Counted from the stretch's first letter, positions 9,975-20,738 are shown. The stretch is 64,000 nucleotides of DNA from a bacterium (GCA_965209155.1 OZ242383.1:3296001-3360000), one strand, 5' to 3'. The notes: generated by a model not told the origin, from the letters alone. Numbers and translations are program-made.

Positions 9975-10436
9975 GCGACTTTGGGAGTTTAAGTTCAAAT
10001 TTCCCGTTTGATCTTTTCGACACGGTTTTGAAGATCCGGAGACTTTCTCATTTTTTGTCTCAGCTGATAGATTCTGGCACTGATCGTCGAATCATCTCGA
10101 TTGAGCTAGTTTGCTCCCTCTCTGATCGTTGCTGACTTCCAGTCGCAAGCGATCATTCCAACCACAGTCCGCGCTTCACTGAGCTTGCGGGACTGTCCCG
10201 CGCTTTTTAATTGCTCCTCCTCAATCCGGTAAACCTGCGCAACCTGCTGGATAATCTTTTCTATAGGAGGAGGCGGGTGAGGCTTCATTTAATGCAACCA
10301 ATCCGGCTGCTTTCCCCCCAAATAAGCGGCATGGCTACTCCAGGAAAATTCCGACAATTCCTTGACGATTCCCGCTCGAATCGGATTGAGGTGGGTGTAA
10401 CGGATTAAGGCCAGCAAATAGCGCTCTTGGTCCACG
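9975..10436 (-). pseudogene. REP-associated tyrosine transposase (RAYT, Y1) 3' remnant
   Basis: Near-identical to 14900-15497 (LNPIRAGIV...PWSSHAAYLG...IEKIIQQVA). Confidence 0.7.
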
Positions 10437-10489
10437 CTAGACTGTTCCCGGAGAAGCGCAGGGTCTCACTGTATCTGACCGATTTCCCC

Positions 10490-11054
10490 TCAAGGGAAGG
10501 AAGACGCTTTTGAGGAGTTGTACCAACACTACAGGGCATATATCGTCCACACTGCCCAATCGCTGATTGGCAAGTATCGGAGCCTCCACCAGGCCGATGA
10601 GGTGGTTCAGGAAATCTGGAAGGATTCATGGGAGAGCAAGCTGGAGAAATTCCAAGGCGAGGCCGATATAGCCTTCTTGGGTTGGCTGTACAGAGTCGTT
10701 CAGAATCATCTGCTGGACCAAATCAGACGTGCCAAACGGCAGCCGGAACTCGCTGCCCCGGAAGAGGTGGATGAGCTGCGCTCTATGCAGGCCTGGTGGC
10801 AGGCCCAGTCGGCGGAATTGCAGGAAGAGAAGATTGAGCGGGCAGGAGAGGCTATGAGACAACTGGAAGACGAGCATCCCCAGACCGCTCGGCTGCTGCG
10901 CCGCTGCTATTGGGACGGGCTGTCCCTGGAAGCCCTTGCCGCCGAGAAGTTGGCGCTTCCCATAGAGGAACTGAGCCAAACGGAAAAGAACCGGATCGCC
11001 CAACAGTTGCACCGCGCCAGAGAGCGATTTCAGGAGATTTTTGAGAAAATTTGA
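10490..11054 (+). CDS. ECF-like sigma-70 factor, copy 1, 5'-deleted
   Basis: AFEELY..ADEVVQEIW..FLGWLYRVVQN (region 2), GLSLEALA..QLHRARERF (region 4); lacks the MNRKPL start of copy 2. Confidence 0.75.
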
Positions 11055-11167
11055 TATTTTTAGTGATATTCTGGCTCTTGGTACGTTATATAAATAGAAG
11101 GGCCCGGTTTCCAAACGCTCATTTTCCTCAAAAAAGACCCATTCTGGTCAAAAAAATAGTCCGGATG
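11016..11167 (+). repeat. 151-bp sigma-3'-end/promoter unit (single copy)
   Basis: Same unit is tandemly repeated at 21468-21968 and 49257-49559. Confidence 0.9.
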
Positions 11168-11299
11168 AAGATGCTCGCGAAGAAGCTTTTCGCCCTCTGC
11201 AGAGAGTTCCCCGTGGCAGGCGCCGTGCCCGCCACGACAACCCGATTCGCCCCACAGCGGGTGAATCATTCTCAAAACCCTCAAATAAAAGAGGTAATT

Positions 11300-13105
11300 A
11301 TGAGTATTATAAAAAAACTTGTCGCCTCCTTCGTGGGGCTGAACCCGGCAGGCCCCAGGTCTGCCATGAAACTCCTCTCGGTGCTGCTGGCTTTCATTCT
11401 GGGCGCAACCCTCTGGTTCGCCCCGACAGTCGCTGCGGAGAAGAAGTATGTCACCGACCCCAGCACAGGTAAGGTCGTGACTGCTCCTGAGTACGGCGGG
11501 ACATTCACCTTCGCCCTAGCAGATGAGCCGGCGGGTCCTGATGCCGTGATCTCTGGTCCATGGTCACAAAGGTACTGCGGTGGCGTCAACGAGAAACTGG
11601 TCATGATGGACTGGGCAACGCCCAGGGACATAGAAGACTTCCAGTATCACAACGTTCCAACTAACACGAGAGGTCAACTGGCGGAAAGCTGGTCGCAGCC
11701 CGACCCACTGACGTATGTCATCAAAGTCCGACAGGGCGTTCACTGGCATGATAAACCACCGATGAACGGTCGGGAGCTAGATGCATACGACGTCGAATAC
11801 AACTATCACCGTCTGTTGGGTATGGGCAGCGGTTTCACCGAACGTAGCGAACATGCTGTAGGCTTTGCCGGTATGGAATTTGAATCGATAGAAGCCACCG
11901 ACAAGTGGACGGTGGTTTTTAAGCTGAAGCAGCTAAACCTCCAAGCGCTGGCTGCTATCCTCGACGAGAACGCTGCTTGGATATACCCCCCCGAGGTCAT
12001 CAAGGAATACGGGGACGTTACGGACTGGAGGAACCTGGTCGGCACCGGACCCATGATGCTGACCGAGTATGTCGAGGGCAGTTCTGTCACCTGGGACAAG
12101 AATCCTGACTACTGGGGCTACGACGAAAAATACCCGCAGAACCGCCTGCCGTATATTGACCAGTTAAGGGCCCTGTTTATGCCAGAAGTGGCAACACAAC
12201 TGGCGGCACTGCGCACAGGTAAGGTTGATATTGGATACACATTCAGGACTCTCGACCAGGTAGAGAGCCTGCAGCGGACTAACCCCGAACTCGTTATAGA
12301 TTCGTATTCTCGAGACTCGGTGAATGGTTTTGGTATGAACGTTCAGTTGCCGCCCTTTGACGACATCAGGGTGCGCAAGGCAATGCAGATGGCCATTGAC
12401 CTCGAGACAATTAACAACGCCTACTATAAGGGTTATGCAGATGTGACACCCCAGGGGCTGGTAAACCGTAATATGACAGAGGCTATCCCCAATTTTGAAG
12501 AGTGGCCCGAAGATGTCAAAAAGGTCTTTGACTACGACCCGGAAGGTGCCGAAGCGTTGCTTGATGAGGCCGGATACAAGCGCGGCGCGGACGGCGTTCG
12601 ATTCAAGGTCACCCATTACCACCGCGATGTCTATGATTTGAACTATGTAGAATTAGTCGCTTCATACTGGAATAAGATTGGCGTTGATGTCGAGATTCAG
12701 GTAGTGACAACAGCGGACTTTGTCGCTAGAAGAAGTGAGGATGATTTCGAAATGATCAGTGCGGAAGCGGCCGGGAGGTGGATCCTAATGGTAATCCTAC
12801 AGCGCTATCAGAAGGACGCACCATGGAACACCTCCAATGTCAACGACTCGTGGTATAACGCCAAGTTTGAAGACGCCGGAGCCGCTACCACCATCGAGGA
12901 GCAGAACAGGATTCTTGGAGAGATGCACCAGTATGCGATAGAGAAGTTCTGGGCGATATTTGGTCCTATGCCCCCAATTTTCTTGCCAGTCCAGCCGTGG
13001 GTCATAGGCTACAACAATGAATACTTCCTGGGAAGCGGTCAGTATAACACCGTCTACGCCCGCCTCTGGATTGATAGTGAGCTGAAGGAGGCAATGGGTC
13101 ATTAG
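11300..13105 (+). CDS. Family-5 ABC substrate-binding protein, module 2
   Basis: GAGG RBS, ATG 11300, type B leader MSIIKKLVASF, SBP_5 motifs. Confidence 0.92.
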   Translation: MSIIKKLVASFVGLNPAGPRSAMKLLSVLLAFILGATLWFAPTVAAEKKYVTDPSTGKVVTAPEYGGTFTFALADEPAGPDAVISGPWSQRYCGGVNEKLVMMDWATPRDIEDFQYHNVPTNTRGQLAESWSQPDPLTYVIKVRQGVHWHDKPPMNGRELDAYDVEYNYHRLLGMGSGFTERSEHAVGFAGMEFESIEATDKWTVVFKLKQLNLQALAAILDENAAWIYPPEVIKEYGDVTDWRNLVGTGPMMLTEYVEGSSVTWDKNPDYWGYDEKYPQNRLPYIDQLRALFMPEVATQLAALRTGKVDIGYTFRTLDQVESLQRTNPELVIDSYSRDSVNGFGMNVQLPPFDDIRVRKAMQMAIDLETINNAYYKGYADVTPQGLVNRNMTEAIPNFEEWPEDVKKVFDYDPEGAEALLDEAGYKRGADGVRFKVTHYHRDVYDLNYVELVASYWNKIGVDVEIQVVTTADFVARRSEDDFEMISAEAAGRWILMVILQRYQKDAPWNTSNVNDSWYNAKFEDAGAATTIEEQNRILGEMHQYAIEKFWAIFGPMPPIFLPVQPWVIGYNNEYFLGSGQYNTVYARLWIDSELKEAMGH

Positions 13106-13139
13106 GGGGGGTTCACTCCTTGTGGCTGGCCTCAGGGAA

Positions 13140-13500
13140 AAAGGGAGCTGGAGGGTCCTTGGCGCGGAGGCTCAAGTTTCCCAGCTCCCATACACCATGT
13201 CATTGCGAGGAGCGTCAGCGACGAAGCAATCTGGTTGAGGCAACGGGATTGTCTAAGTGGATTCCGCCTTTCGGCGGAATGACGGGGAGAATCAAGGGGG
13301 ACACCCCCTTGAACCCCCGTTTCAAAGGGGTTTCACCCCTCTGGACTCCCCAAAACGGTGAGAGGCCAGTTTCTTGGCAGGGGTCATTCGCACCTTAGAG
13401 AGTGCCGCGCCCTTCAGTGGAAGGGGCCGGAAAGACGTGGAAGGTGGATTCCGCCCCCGGATCCAGTGCGGGGCAGGCTTTTCGCGGGAATGACGGGGGA
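13140..13500. repeat. Cluster of REP-like palindromic elements between SBP and permease
   Basis: GGGAGCTGG..CCAGCTCCC, GTCATTGCGAGGAGC..GAAGCAATC, ATTCCGCC-TTTC-GGCGGAAT, AAGGGGG-ACA-CCCCCTT. Confidence 0.65.
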
Positions 13501-13521
13501 AATCGTAATGAGGTGTGTGAC

Positions 13522-14484
13522 ATGAGAGCCTATATAATCAGGAGGTTATTGCTGATAATCCCCACCCTGTTTATATTGACCATCCTGGTCTTTCTCTCCG
13601 TCCGCTTCATCCCGGGCGATGTAATAGACGTAATAGTGGGTAGGATGGATTACGCGGGTGGCTTTGGGGAAATTGACCGTGAAGCTCTTGAGCGTCGGCT
13701 GGGATTAGACGTGCCTGTCTACGTGCAGTATGCACGCTGGATAGGAGGTATTTTCCTGCACGGCAGCCTTGGCGAATCACTGATGGGCCGTGGGGCGGTG
13801 GAGGAGAAGATAATAGATAGACTGCCGGTAACCATTGAGCTCGGCGTCATGGCAATCGTAATCGGAATCTTGATAGCGCTGCCCGTCGGCATCTACTCGG
13901 CGATTCGCCAGGATACGGCCGCCGACTACGTAGGGCGTAGCATCGCCATCATCGGCCTGGCAACCCCTAACTTCTGGCTGGGAATTATGGTCATGATTTT
14001 CCCCGCAATCTGGTGGGGCTGGGCGCCGCCGCTGGAACTTGTTTCTTTCACAGAGGACCCGCTAGGGAATCTCTGGGGGTTCTTTATTCCTAGCCTGATC
14101 CTGGGAACGGCTTCAGCGGCCGCCACCATGCGCATGATGCGTACCATGATGCTCGAGGTGCTCCGGCAGGACTATATCCGCACCGCCTGGTCCAAGGGGC
14201 TCCGGGAGCGGGTCGTGATTATCCGGCACACCATCAAAAATGCCCTCATCCCGGTTATCACCCTGATCGGCCTGCAGTTGCCGACCCTGGTCGGCGGCGC
14301 GGTGATCATGGAGAACATCTTCAACCTGCCAGGGATCGGGCGTCTCTTGGTAAATGCCCTCAATGACCGAGACTACCCGGTGGTTTCCGGAGTCAACCTG
14401 TTTTTCGCTACCGGGGTGGTGCTGCTCAATCTCCTCATCGACCTGATTTATCCCTATCTGGACCCGAGGGTGCGGTATGAATAG
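13522..14484 (+). CDS. ABC permease B, module 2
   Basis: MRAYIIRR start at 13522, EAA loop QDYIRTAWSKGL. Confidence 0.93.
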   Translation: MRAYIIRRLLLIIPTLFILTILVFLSVRFIPGDVIDVIVGRMDYAGGFGEIDREALERRLGLDVPVYVQYARWIGGIFLHGSLGESLMGRGAVEEKIIDRLPVTIELGVMAIVIGILIALPVGIYSAIRQDTAADYVGRSIAIIGLATPNFWLGIMVMIFPAIWWGWAPPLELVSFTEDPLGNLWGFFIPSLILGTASAAATMRMMRTMMLEVLRQDYIRTAWSKGLRERVVIIRHTIKNALIPVITLIGLQLPTLVGGAVIMENIFNLPGIGRLLVNALNDRDYPVVSGVNLFFATGVVLLNLLIDLIYPYLDPRVRYE

Positions 14485-14487
14485 TCG

Positions 14488-14667
14488 CTGGCGTTCTGGC
14501 CGGGGCTGTGCCTGACGATTACCGTCTACTCCCTCAACATGTTCGGCGACGCAGTGAGAGACCTGCTGGATCCCCGGCTGCGCAGCGGAGAGGGCAGTTA
14601 CGGCACTGCGAAGATGAAACGTAAACGAGGCTTCCTCGCCAGACTGATCAATCCTTTCAATCAATAA
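14488..14667 (+). pseudogene. ABC permease C, 3' remnant (module 2)
   Basis: LAFWPGLCLTITVYSLNMFGDAVRDLLDPRL...NPFNQ* directly after the permease B stop, no start. Confidence 0.88.
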
Positions 14668-14717
14668 GAAATTGATACCAAATGATTTATGAAATCTGAA
14701 TCTTCGTGTCCAGGATT

Positions 14718-14880
14718 TTAATTATGACATGCGCATTTTATGGACTCTCCATCGTCTTTCTGCTGCAATGATTTGGAAATGATTGTCGCCCTGTTTGACC
14801 AGGATCGGTTGAAGCAATCCGGTGACTTGAATCGACTCGGCGATCTCCTTCAACTCGGTTATGTCAATATTCATTTTTCT
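14718..14880 (-). pseudogene. ParB N-terminal domain fragment
   Basis: ELKEIAESIQVTGLLQPILV...FQIIAAERRWR resembles the ParB GERRWRA box. Confidence 0.7.
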
Positions 14881-14899
14881 TTCTCTTGCTTGTTGAATC

Positions 14900-15497
14900 A
14901 TCTCGATTGAGCTGGTTTGCTCCCTCTCTGATCGTTGTTGACTTCCAGTCGCAAGCGATCATTCCAACCACAGCCCGCGCTTCACTGAGCTTGCGGGATT
15001 GTCCCGCGCTTTTTAATTGCTCCTCCTCAAACCTGCGCAACCTGCTGGATAATCTTTTCTATAGGAGGAGGCGTGTGAGGCTTCATTTTGAGTTGCTCAA
15101 AAACAGAATTGACGAAATGATCTTCTCCGATGATTTCGGGATGAGTTGTCCCTTTTTTAAAGTTCACTTCCGAGGCGATTCCCCTTCCTTGATGAATATA
15201 AGTCGCATCGCGTCTCCTCGCCTCAGAACGATCTGAGGAAAAGAGAGACAATGCCAAGTCACAATGCAACCAATCCGGATGCTTTCCCCCTAAATAAGCG
15301 GCATGGCTACTCCAGGGAAATTCCGCCAATTCCTTGACGATTCCCGCTCGAATCGGATTGAGGTGGATGTAACGGATTAAGACCAGCAAATAGCGCTCTT
15401 GGTCCACAGGCTCGAAAAATATGGCTTGTCCACCATTACCACGGAGCAGGACATGATAAAGGGCGCCGGGGAAGTAAAGACGAGGTTTGCGGGACAT
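14900..15497 (-). pseudogene. RAYT (Y1) transposase with internal deletion
   Basis: MSRKPRLYFPGALYHVLLRGNG...ERYLL joined to VLIRYIHLNP; HUH-containing middle missing. Confidence 0.78.
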
Positions 15498-15613
15498 TGA
15501 CAAAATCGGCTGAAAGGAGAAACTTAAGATCAAAAATCATAACTCCTATTTCCCAAACTCGCAGTCACCGTAAAGAACTGATTTATAGTGACTTTCAGTC
15601 ACCTTTCATCATT

Positions 15614-15746
15614 CCTCCGGCAAAGATCCGGACGTGCGCTACTAACGCATCCGGCTCCTGCCTCGAGTCAGACGCTCAAACGTTGATTTGGATACGGGTG
15701 GGTTATCCTGACAGAAGGAATGTGTAGTTTGACCAATTCTTTGATG
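15614..15746 (-). mobile_element. Group II intron 3' fragment (RT C-terminus plus domain V)
   Basis: Minus strand RITHPYPNQRLSV* then GAGCCGGATGCGTTAGTAGCGCACGTCCGGATCT (DV); DVI missing. Confidence 0.8.
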
Positions 15747-15759
15747 TCTCATATATGGT

Positions 15760-16362
15760 CTAAATCCTCCGTCTTCCAGACGGAAAGAGAGCTTCAGTCA
15801 AAATTAGAATTGCATTGAGATTTCCCATGAAATAGTTGTATCTCATTCCATGGGAACTTCATATTCAAAAGGGAGCCACAGCACCTATCATCATCGCTTT
15901 CACCTGTTGTGGATTACCAAATATCGTTACTAAATTATGAATCAGGAGATCAAGAAGAGGGGTCGCGATATTGTCGGCCAAGTGGCTGAAGAGATGCGAG
16001 TCCATATTGAAAGCGGGGTTGTTTCTTCTGATCAGGTTCATCTTTTTGTCTCAATTCCCCCTCATGTGAGTGTCAGTGATTTTGTACAAAAAGCCAAAGG
16101 GCGGAGTTCGCGAAAAATTCAAATGGAATTCCAACCTATTTTGAAAAATCGCTATTGGGGCCGACCTTTCTGGGCGCGAGGATTTTTTAGTGCGACCAGT
16201 GGTAATGTGACTGATGAAATGATTCATGAATATATCAACAATCACTCTGATGCCCATCAACCGGATCACATTGAGAATATCCGGCTCGAATGACAGCTTA
16301 AGCTGAATGTTGGGCTTATAGCCCTTTGCCTGAATCCCTCAGCTTCAGCTGAGGGTGGTTTA
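15760..16362 (+). mobile_element. IS200-like element
   Basis: Terminal hairpins TCCGTC-TTCCA-GACGGA and CCCTCAGC-TTCA-GCTGAGGG around tnpA. Confidence 0.8.
15850..16293 (+). pseudogene. tnpA: IS200/IS605 TnpA with premature stop
   Basis: HRFHLLWITKYRY then TAA at 15931; DQVHL (HUH altered), KGRSS, FWARGFF. Confidence 0.85.
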
Positions 16363-16572
16363 ATTTGCGTCCAAAACAAAGGATGCGAGGCATCATTGGA
16401 GTTATGGAAGGTGTATGAAATTATTCCGGATCCTGAATATGAAAAGCATGGCGATCTTAAAGTTATTGATGAAGAAGGGGAGGAATACCTTTATCCCATG
16501 AACAATTTTGCTCCAGTGATGATTAATGAAGCAACCGCTAAATTAATTATTCATCGCAAGATTCCCCCTTGA
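16363..16572 (+). pseudogene. Small hypothetical cassette gene, 5' cut by IS200
   Basis: ICVQNKGCEASLELWKVYE...VIDEEGEEYLYP open frame ending just before an attC. Confidence 0.55.
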
Positions 16573-16601
16573 TTTATATCAAAATGCAGGAGAACAAAAA
16601 T

Positions 16602-16680
16602 TTCCAACAAATCAATGCACCGGCGCTTAACCTGCGTTCGTTCCTCGCTCCGGCAAAGTCCGGTGATTTCTGCGTTGTGT
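16602..16680 (+). mobile_element. Integron attC site 1
   Basis: TTCCAAC-5-AATGCACC...GGTGATT-5-GTTGTGT with extra base in L''. Confidence 0.8.
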
Positions 16681-16745
16681 GAAATAATGCACCATCTTAC
16701 TCAAATTGCTATTGACTTTATCTCAAATCGAGATATTGTTAATTT

Positions 16746-17033
16746 ATGCATGTAATCACGAAGAAGCGACTTGAAAAATTTGTAAACGTTCATTCTGATT
16801 GTCAAAGTGCTCTTGAAGGTTGGTATAGGATTGTCAAGAAAAACAACTTTCATTCCTTTGTTGAGTTGAGAGAGTATTTTCCTAGTGCAGACATGGTAGG
16901 AAGGTTTACGGTATTTAATATAGGAGGCAATAAAATACGCTTAATCGCTTCAATTCATTTCAACCGCAATAAAATATTAATTCGTCATGTTCTCACTCAT
17001 CAAGAATATGAAAAGGGTAAGTGGAAAGAATAA
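16746..17033 (+). CDS. higB: HigB family toxin
   Basis: MHVIT..FPSADMVG..VFNIGGNKIRLI..VLTHQEY. Confidence 0.92.
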   Translation: MHVITKKRLEKFVNVHSDCQSALEGWYRIVKKNNFHSFVELREYFPSADMVGRFTVFNIGGNKIRLIASIHFNRNKILIRHVLTHQEYEKGKWKE

Positions 17034-17034
17034 G

Positions 17035-17439
17035 ATGATAGATTATAATTTTGAAGAGCTATCCCATCAATGGCAAACCATTGCTTCAATCTTAACCGTC
17101 CCAAGATCCGAAGAGGAATATGATCAGTTAGTGAATTTTTTAGATCGTGTGTTAGATGAAGTAGAAGACAATGAAAACCATCCCTTAGCCTCACTAGTAG
17201 ATACAATTGGGACCCTCATTGAAGCTTATGATAATGAACATTATCCATTTTCTGAAGGCAATCCTATCGAAGCACTAAAATATCTCATGGAAGAACATAA
17301 CTTAACCCAAAATGACCTTCCCGAAATAGGAACTCAAGGCGTTGTTTCAGAAATTCTTTCTGGAAAGCGAAGTCTTAATATCCGTCAGATTTATTCTCTA
17401 AGTGAGAGATTTAATCTATCTCCAGCAACATTCTTATAA
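17035..17439 (+). CDS. higA: HigA family HTH antitoxin
   Basis: LKYLMEEHNLTQNDLPEIGTQGVVSEILSGKRSL; ATG directly after higB. Confidence 0.92.
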   Translation: MIDYNFEELSHQWQTIASILTVPRSEEEYDQLVNFLDRVLDEVEDNENHPLASLVDTIGTLIEAYDNEHYPFSEGNPIEALKYLMEEHNLTQNDLPEIGTQGVVSEILSGKRSLNIRQIYSLSERFNLSPATFL

Positions 17440-17441
17440 TC

Positions 17442-17569
17442 ACACAATAAGTTGATAGAGCAGACTTGTGACCCTGCGCTCTTTTCGAAATGTCGTGCTA
17501 ATTTGTAACTCCATCTCTTTTTCATAATGCAGAGTTGGGTCACAAGACTGTTCATCATGGACGTTCAGC
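17442..17569 (+). mobile_element. Integron attC site 2 (closes the higBA cassette)
   Basis: ACACAAT-5-GATAGAGC..CTTGTGACCC/GGGTCACAAG..GTTCATC-6-GTTCAGC; ACACAAT complements the preceding GTTGTGT core. Confidence 0.8.
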
Positions 17570-17601
17570 TCTAGAGCAGGTATACACTTGCTTAGAGCGG
17601 G

Positions 17602-17811
17602 CTAAAAAACAAATTTTCGGACCCGTTTTTGATAATGATAACTTCGCCGGATGCTTTTTTTTCTTTCAGGAGCCCGTTGTTTTCGAATCAGGACCGGATT
17701 GGTTAAAAAGAATTGAGTTAACTCTTCGAGCGTGGTGTCGAGATCTTCTTGCTCAGCAAAGATTTCAAAGACTCGATTTTTGATCGCGTTAAAAGAGACG
17801 GCTTTATACAC
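17602..17811 (-). pseudogene. Transposase C-terminal remnant (IS4-like)
   Basis: NPVLIRKQRAPERKK basic tail typical of IS4-type C-termini; no start. Confidence 0.4.
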
Positions 17812-17860
17812 TTGCTGGGGATTTAGAAATCACTTGGACTCGTGATCCATTTAAAAATCC

Positions 17861-18124
17861 GGGGACAGTTACTAATTTTTATCTTTCTTTTTCTTCATGC
17901 GCATTGAGCAGAGAGAGATACTCTCTGCGATCCTCGTCACTTGAAAAGATTTTTATGGAGCGAACCCCTCCTTGGGTGACATGATGGGGGACCCCTGGAA
18001 GTAACACTCTCGCTAACCTGGCTAGCTTACCTCCCATTGCTGAAGTGAAAATTCAATGCTCGATAATTATTTACAACCATTATCAAATGAAGGAATCCAT
18101 AGCAATTAATTAGTAACTGTCCCC
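17861..18124 (-). mobile_element. Non-autonomous RAYT derivative bounded by 17-bp inverted repeats
   Basis: GGGGACAGTTACTAATT / AATTAGTAACTGTCCCC flank ARLARVLLPGVPHHVTQGG (RAYT N-terminus). Confidence 0.7.
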
Positions 18125-18324
18125 CTGATTTCGCAAATCAGTTGCAAACGGTTTCCATGGCAAGGCCAGTTTTCCCCACCTTGCGTTTCCCTCTTGCTTT
18201 TTCTATATTGAGGCTGTTCTTGGGCGTTTTTGGCTGAAAATCAAAACCGAGTCGTAACTATTCAGGTATCTTCGGGCGAGTGTGGCTGTTTTCTTTGATA
18301 GAGGGTGTAGAAAGGAATAAACCG

Positions 18325-18819
18325 ATGAACAAACATCCTGATATGGGTGACCCTGAAATTTCACCATTAGCTTACATAGCGGAATCTGCTGTTATTTCTG
18401 GTGATGTTCGTATTGCACCAGAAGCTTGTATATTTCACGGCGCCGTAATCACGGCAAACGATGGTGTGATAACCATTGGGTCAAACACTGTTGTTATGGA
18501 GAATGCTGTTATAAGAAGTTCACGGTTTCATCATTGTCACATTGGTAGCAATGTCATGATTGGCCCACACACTCATATTTGCGGATGCACTATTGAAGAT
18601 GAAGTGTTCGTTGCCACAGGCGTGTCAGTGTTCAATGGCGCACATATTAAAACATTAGCTGAGCTCAGGATTAATGCGGTGGTTCATATCGATAGTGTGG
18701 TCGAAGCTGAAAACACGGTACCTATTGGTTGGGTGGCGGTTGGCAACCCTGCGCAGTTTTTCTCCCCTGACAAGCATGACGAAATATGGGCAATACAAAA
18801 AAATCTGAATTTTCCGTAA
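18325..18819 (+). CDS. Gamma carbonic anhydrase-like hexapeptide-repeat protein, 3' truncated by IS66
   Basis: AVISGDVRI..IGSNTVVMENAVI..IGPHTHICGCTIEDEVFV..VGNPA; stop supplied by the IS end. Confidence 0.82.
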   Translation: MNKHPDMGDPEISPLAYIAESAVISGDVRIAPEACIFHGAVITANDGVITIGSNTVVMENAVIRSSRFHHCHIGSNVMIGPHTHICGCTIEDEVFVATGVSVFNGAHIKTLAELRINAVVHIDSVVEAENTVPIGWVAVGNPAQFFSPDKHDEIWAIQKNLNFP

Positions 18820-18863
18820 CTATTTAGGATTCTTTAGATCCCCCATTGATTTAAGCACAGATT

Positions 18864-20411
18864 TTGCATGGCATAAAGTCCAGAAAGGACATTATGCTCT
18901 CGAAAGTTCATAAGTATATTCATTCCATTTCATCGACAGCCCCCCTTGAGGCTCTTCAAGAAGCCTGTCAACTCTTTGAAAAAGAACGGGAGCAATGGAA
19001 GAAAGAGCGATTAAAACTCCTCGAACGTCTCGAAATAGAAAATAAGCGTATTGAAGCGCTCGAAGCAGAAAATAAGCAACTTCGGGATCAGCTGGCTCTC
19101 AACAGCCAAAACTCAAGTAAGCCTCCTTCCAGCGATCCAAGTCGAAAGAACAAAAGTTTGCGTAAAAGCAGGGGTCGCTCTCGCGGAGGTCAACCCGGTC
19201 ATAAAGGCCATCATTTGCCTTTCAGTGAATCACCAGATCATGTGGAGCCTCATTTTGTCAGCACCTGTGAAGCCTGTGGAGAAGATTTATCCCAGGTGAT
19301 GGTTGAGGCCCGGCATAAACGCCAAGTGTTTGATCTTCCCCCGCTCCAATTAGAGGTCACCGAGCATCAGGTGGAACAAAAAATTTGTCCCTGCTGCCGG
19401 CATCTGAATCGCTCGAGCTTTCCAGCAGGGATTGAGGGACCCACTCAATATGGTCCCCGGATCAAAGGCTTAGCGGTTTATCTCAATCAATATCAGTTTC
19501 TGCCCTTTGATCGATGCCAGCAATTCTTTGAGGATCTGTTCGGCCATCCGCTCAATGCGGCCACGATTTATGCTAGCCTCCAGCAAGCCGCCCAGAGGCT
19601 TAATCCCTTGCAACAACAAGTGGCTGAAGCTCTGATTCAAGCGGAGGTGGTTCATTTTGATGAAACCTCCCTCTTTGAAAACAAACAACGTCGTTGGCTT
19701 CATTCAGCCTCTACCGAAGAGTTGACCTTTTATTTTATCCACGACAAACGGGGTCGAGCCGGAATGGATGCTGCCGGTATCCTGCCTCGGTTTGAAAAGA
19801 CAGCCATTCATGATCACTGGGAGAGCTACCAGCATTATGAGTGTGATCATGGCTTTTGCAATGCGCATCATTTACGTGAACTCACTCGGGCCTGTGAACA
19901 AGAAAAGGCCTTCTGGGCTCAGGAGATGAGCGACTTACTGGTAGAGATCAAAGAGCAAGTAGACCAAGCCAAGTTCAAAGAACAATCTGCTTTGAGTCCA
20001 ATCCAACTGGATCACTTCCGGCAACGCTATCGGGATATCACCCAAGAAGCCCTTAAGCTCTATCCTCCCCCTCCTCAAACAAAGAAACGAGGACGCCCCA
20101 AACAGAGCAAAGCCAAAAATTTACTCGATCGCTTGATCCTCTATGAAAAGGAAAGCTTGTTATTCATGGATGACTTCCGGGTTCCTTTTGACAACAACCA
20201 AGCCGAGCGAGATATTCGCATGGTTAAATTGAAACAGAAAATCTCAGGCGGCTTCCGAACGGCTGAAGGATCACAGGCTTTTTGTACCATCCGAGGAGCT
20301 ATTTCCACTACCAGAAAACAGGGAAAATCCATCTTCGAGATGCTCACACAGGCTTTGTCTCTCCCGGATCCAGTCCGGGACAAGCTTTTACCTGCGCCTC
20401 CTTGTTACTGA
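18864..20411 (+). CDS. IS66 transposase
   Basis: NSSKPPSSD, GGQPGH, zinc finger, HFDET, CNAHHLRE, DNNQAER. Confidence 0.95.
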   Translation: MHGIKSRKDIMLSKVHKYIHSISSTAPLEALQEACQLFEKEREQWKKERLKLLERLEIENKRIEALEAENKQLRDQLALNSQNSSKPPSSDPSRKNKSLRKSRGRSRGGQPGHKGHHLPFSESPDHVEPHFVSTCEACGEDLSQVMVEARHKRQVFDLPPLQLEVTEHQVEQKICPCCRHLNRSSFPAGIEGPTQYGPRIKGLAVYLNQYQFLPFDRCQQFFEDLFGHPLNAATIYASLQQAAQRLNPLQQQVAEALIQAEVVHFDETSLFENKQRRWLHSASTEELTFYFIHDKRGRAGMDAAGILPRFEKTAIHDHWESYQHYECDHGFCNAHHLRELTRACEQEKAFWAQEMSDLLVEIKEQVDQAKFKEQSALSPIQLDHFRQRYRDITQEALKLYPPPPQTKKRGRPKQSKAKNLLDRLILYEKESLLFMDDFRVPFDNNQAERDIRMVKLKQKISGGFRTAEGSQAFCTIRGAISTTRKQGKSIFEMLTQALSLPDPVRDKLLPAPPCY

Positions 20412-20702
20412 AACTCCCCTTTTTTTAAACGTTTCGCCCCTTGCGGGCAAAACGTATTCCTGGCAAACATAGCATCGTCAATGCGATTTTGTAGATCGTG
20501 AAAACGAGTTGTCAGTGGAGTATGCTCCTCCATGATTTACCTCCCTGGCAAAGCGTTTACGATCATTATCGCCATTGGAAAAAACACTGGATTGTGGAGT
20601 GAACCTTCGCTTTTTGGCTCATGATCATAAAGAAGCGGATCTCCCTGATTGATAGATTTTTAATTTTTTTTTACGAATCCTGCATTTTTTTTAATTTGGG
20701 GG

Positions 20703-20738
20703 TTGACATTATGCAAGTAGTAGTAGTAGTGCTATAAT
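20703..20738 (+). promoter_or_regulatory. Outward-facing TTGACA/(AGT)n/TATAAT promoter-like motif in the IS66 right end
   Basis: Spacer 24 bp with (AGT)5 here; 21 bp with (AGT)4 at 31568, 46108-46140 (minus) and 57360. Confidence 0.55.

Noticed and set aside
11051..11299. Long N-terminal SBP extensions in the ORF track (also 21852, 49443, 57632, 2106, 45505)
   Set aside because: They run through promoter or repeat units; module 4 lacks the extension, and a clear RBS precedes MSIIKK or MD/ENQK
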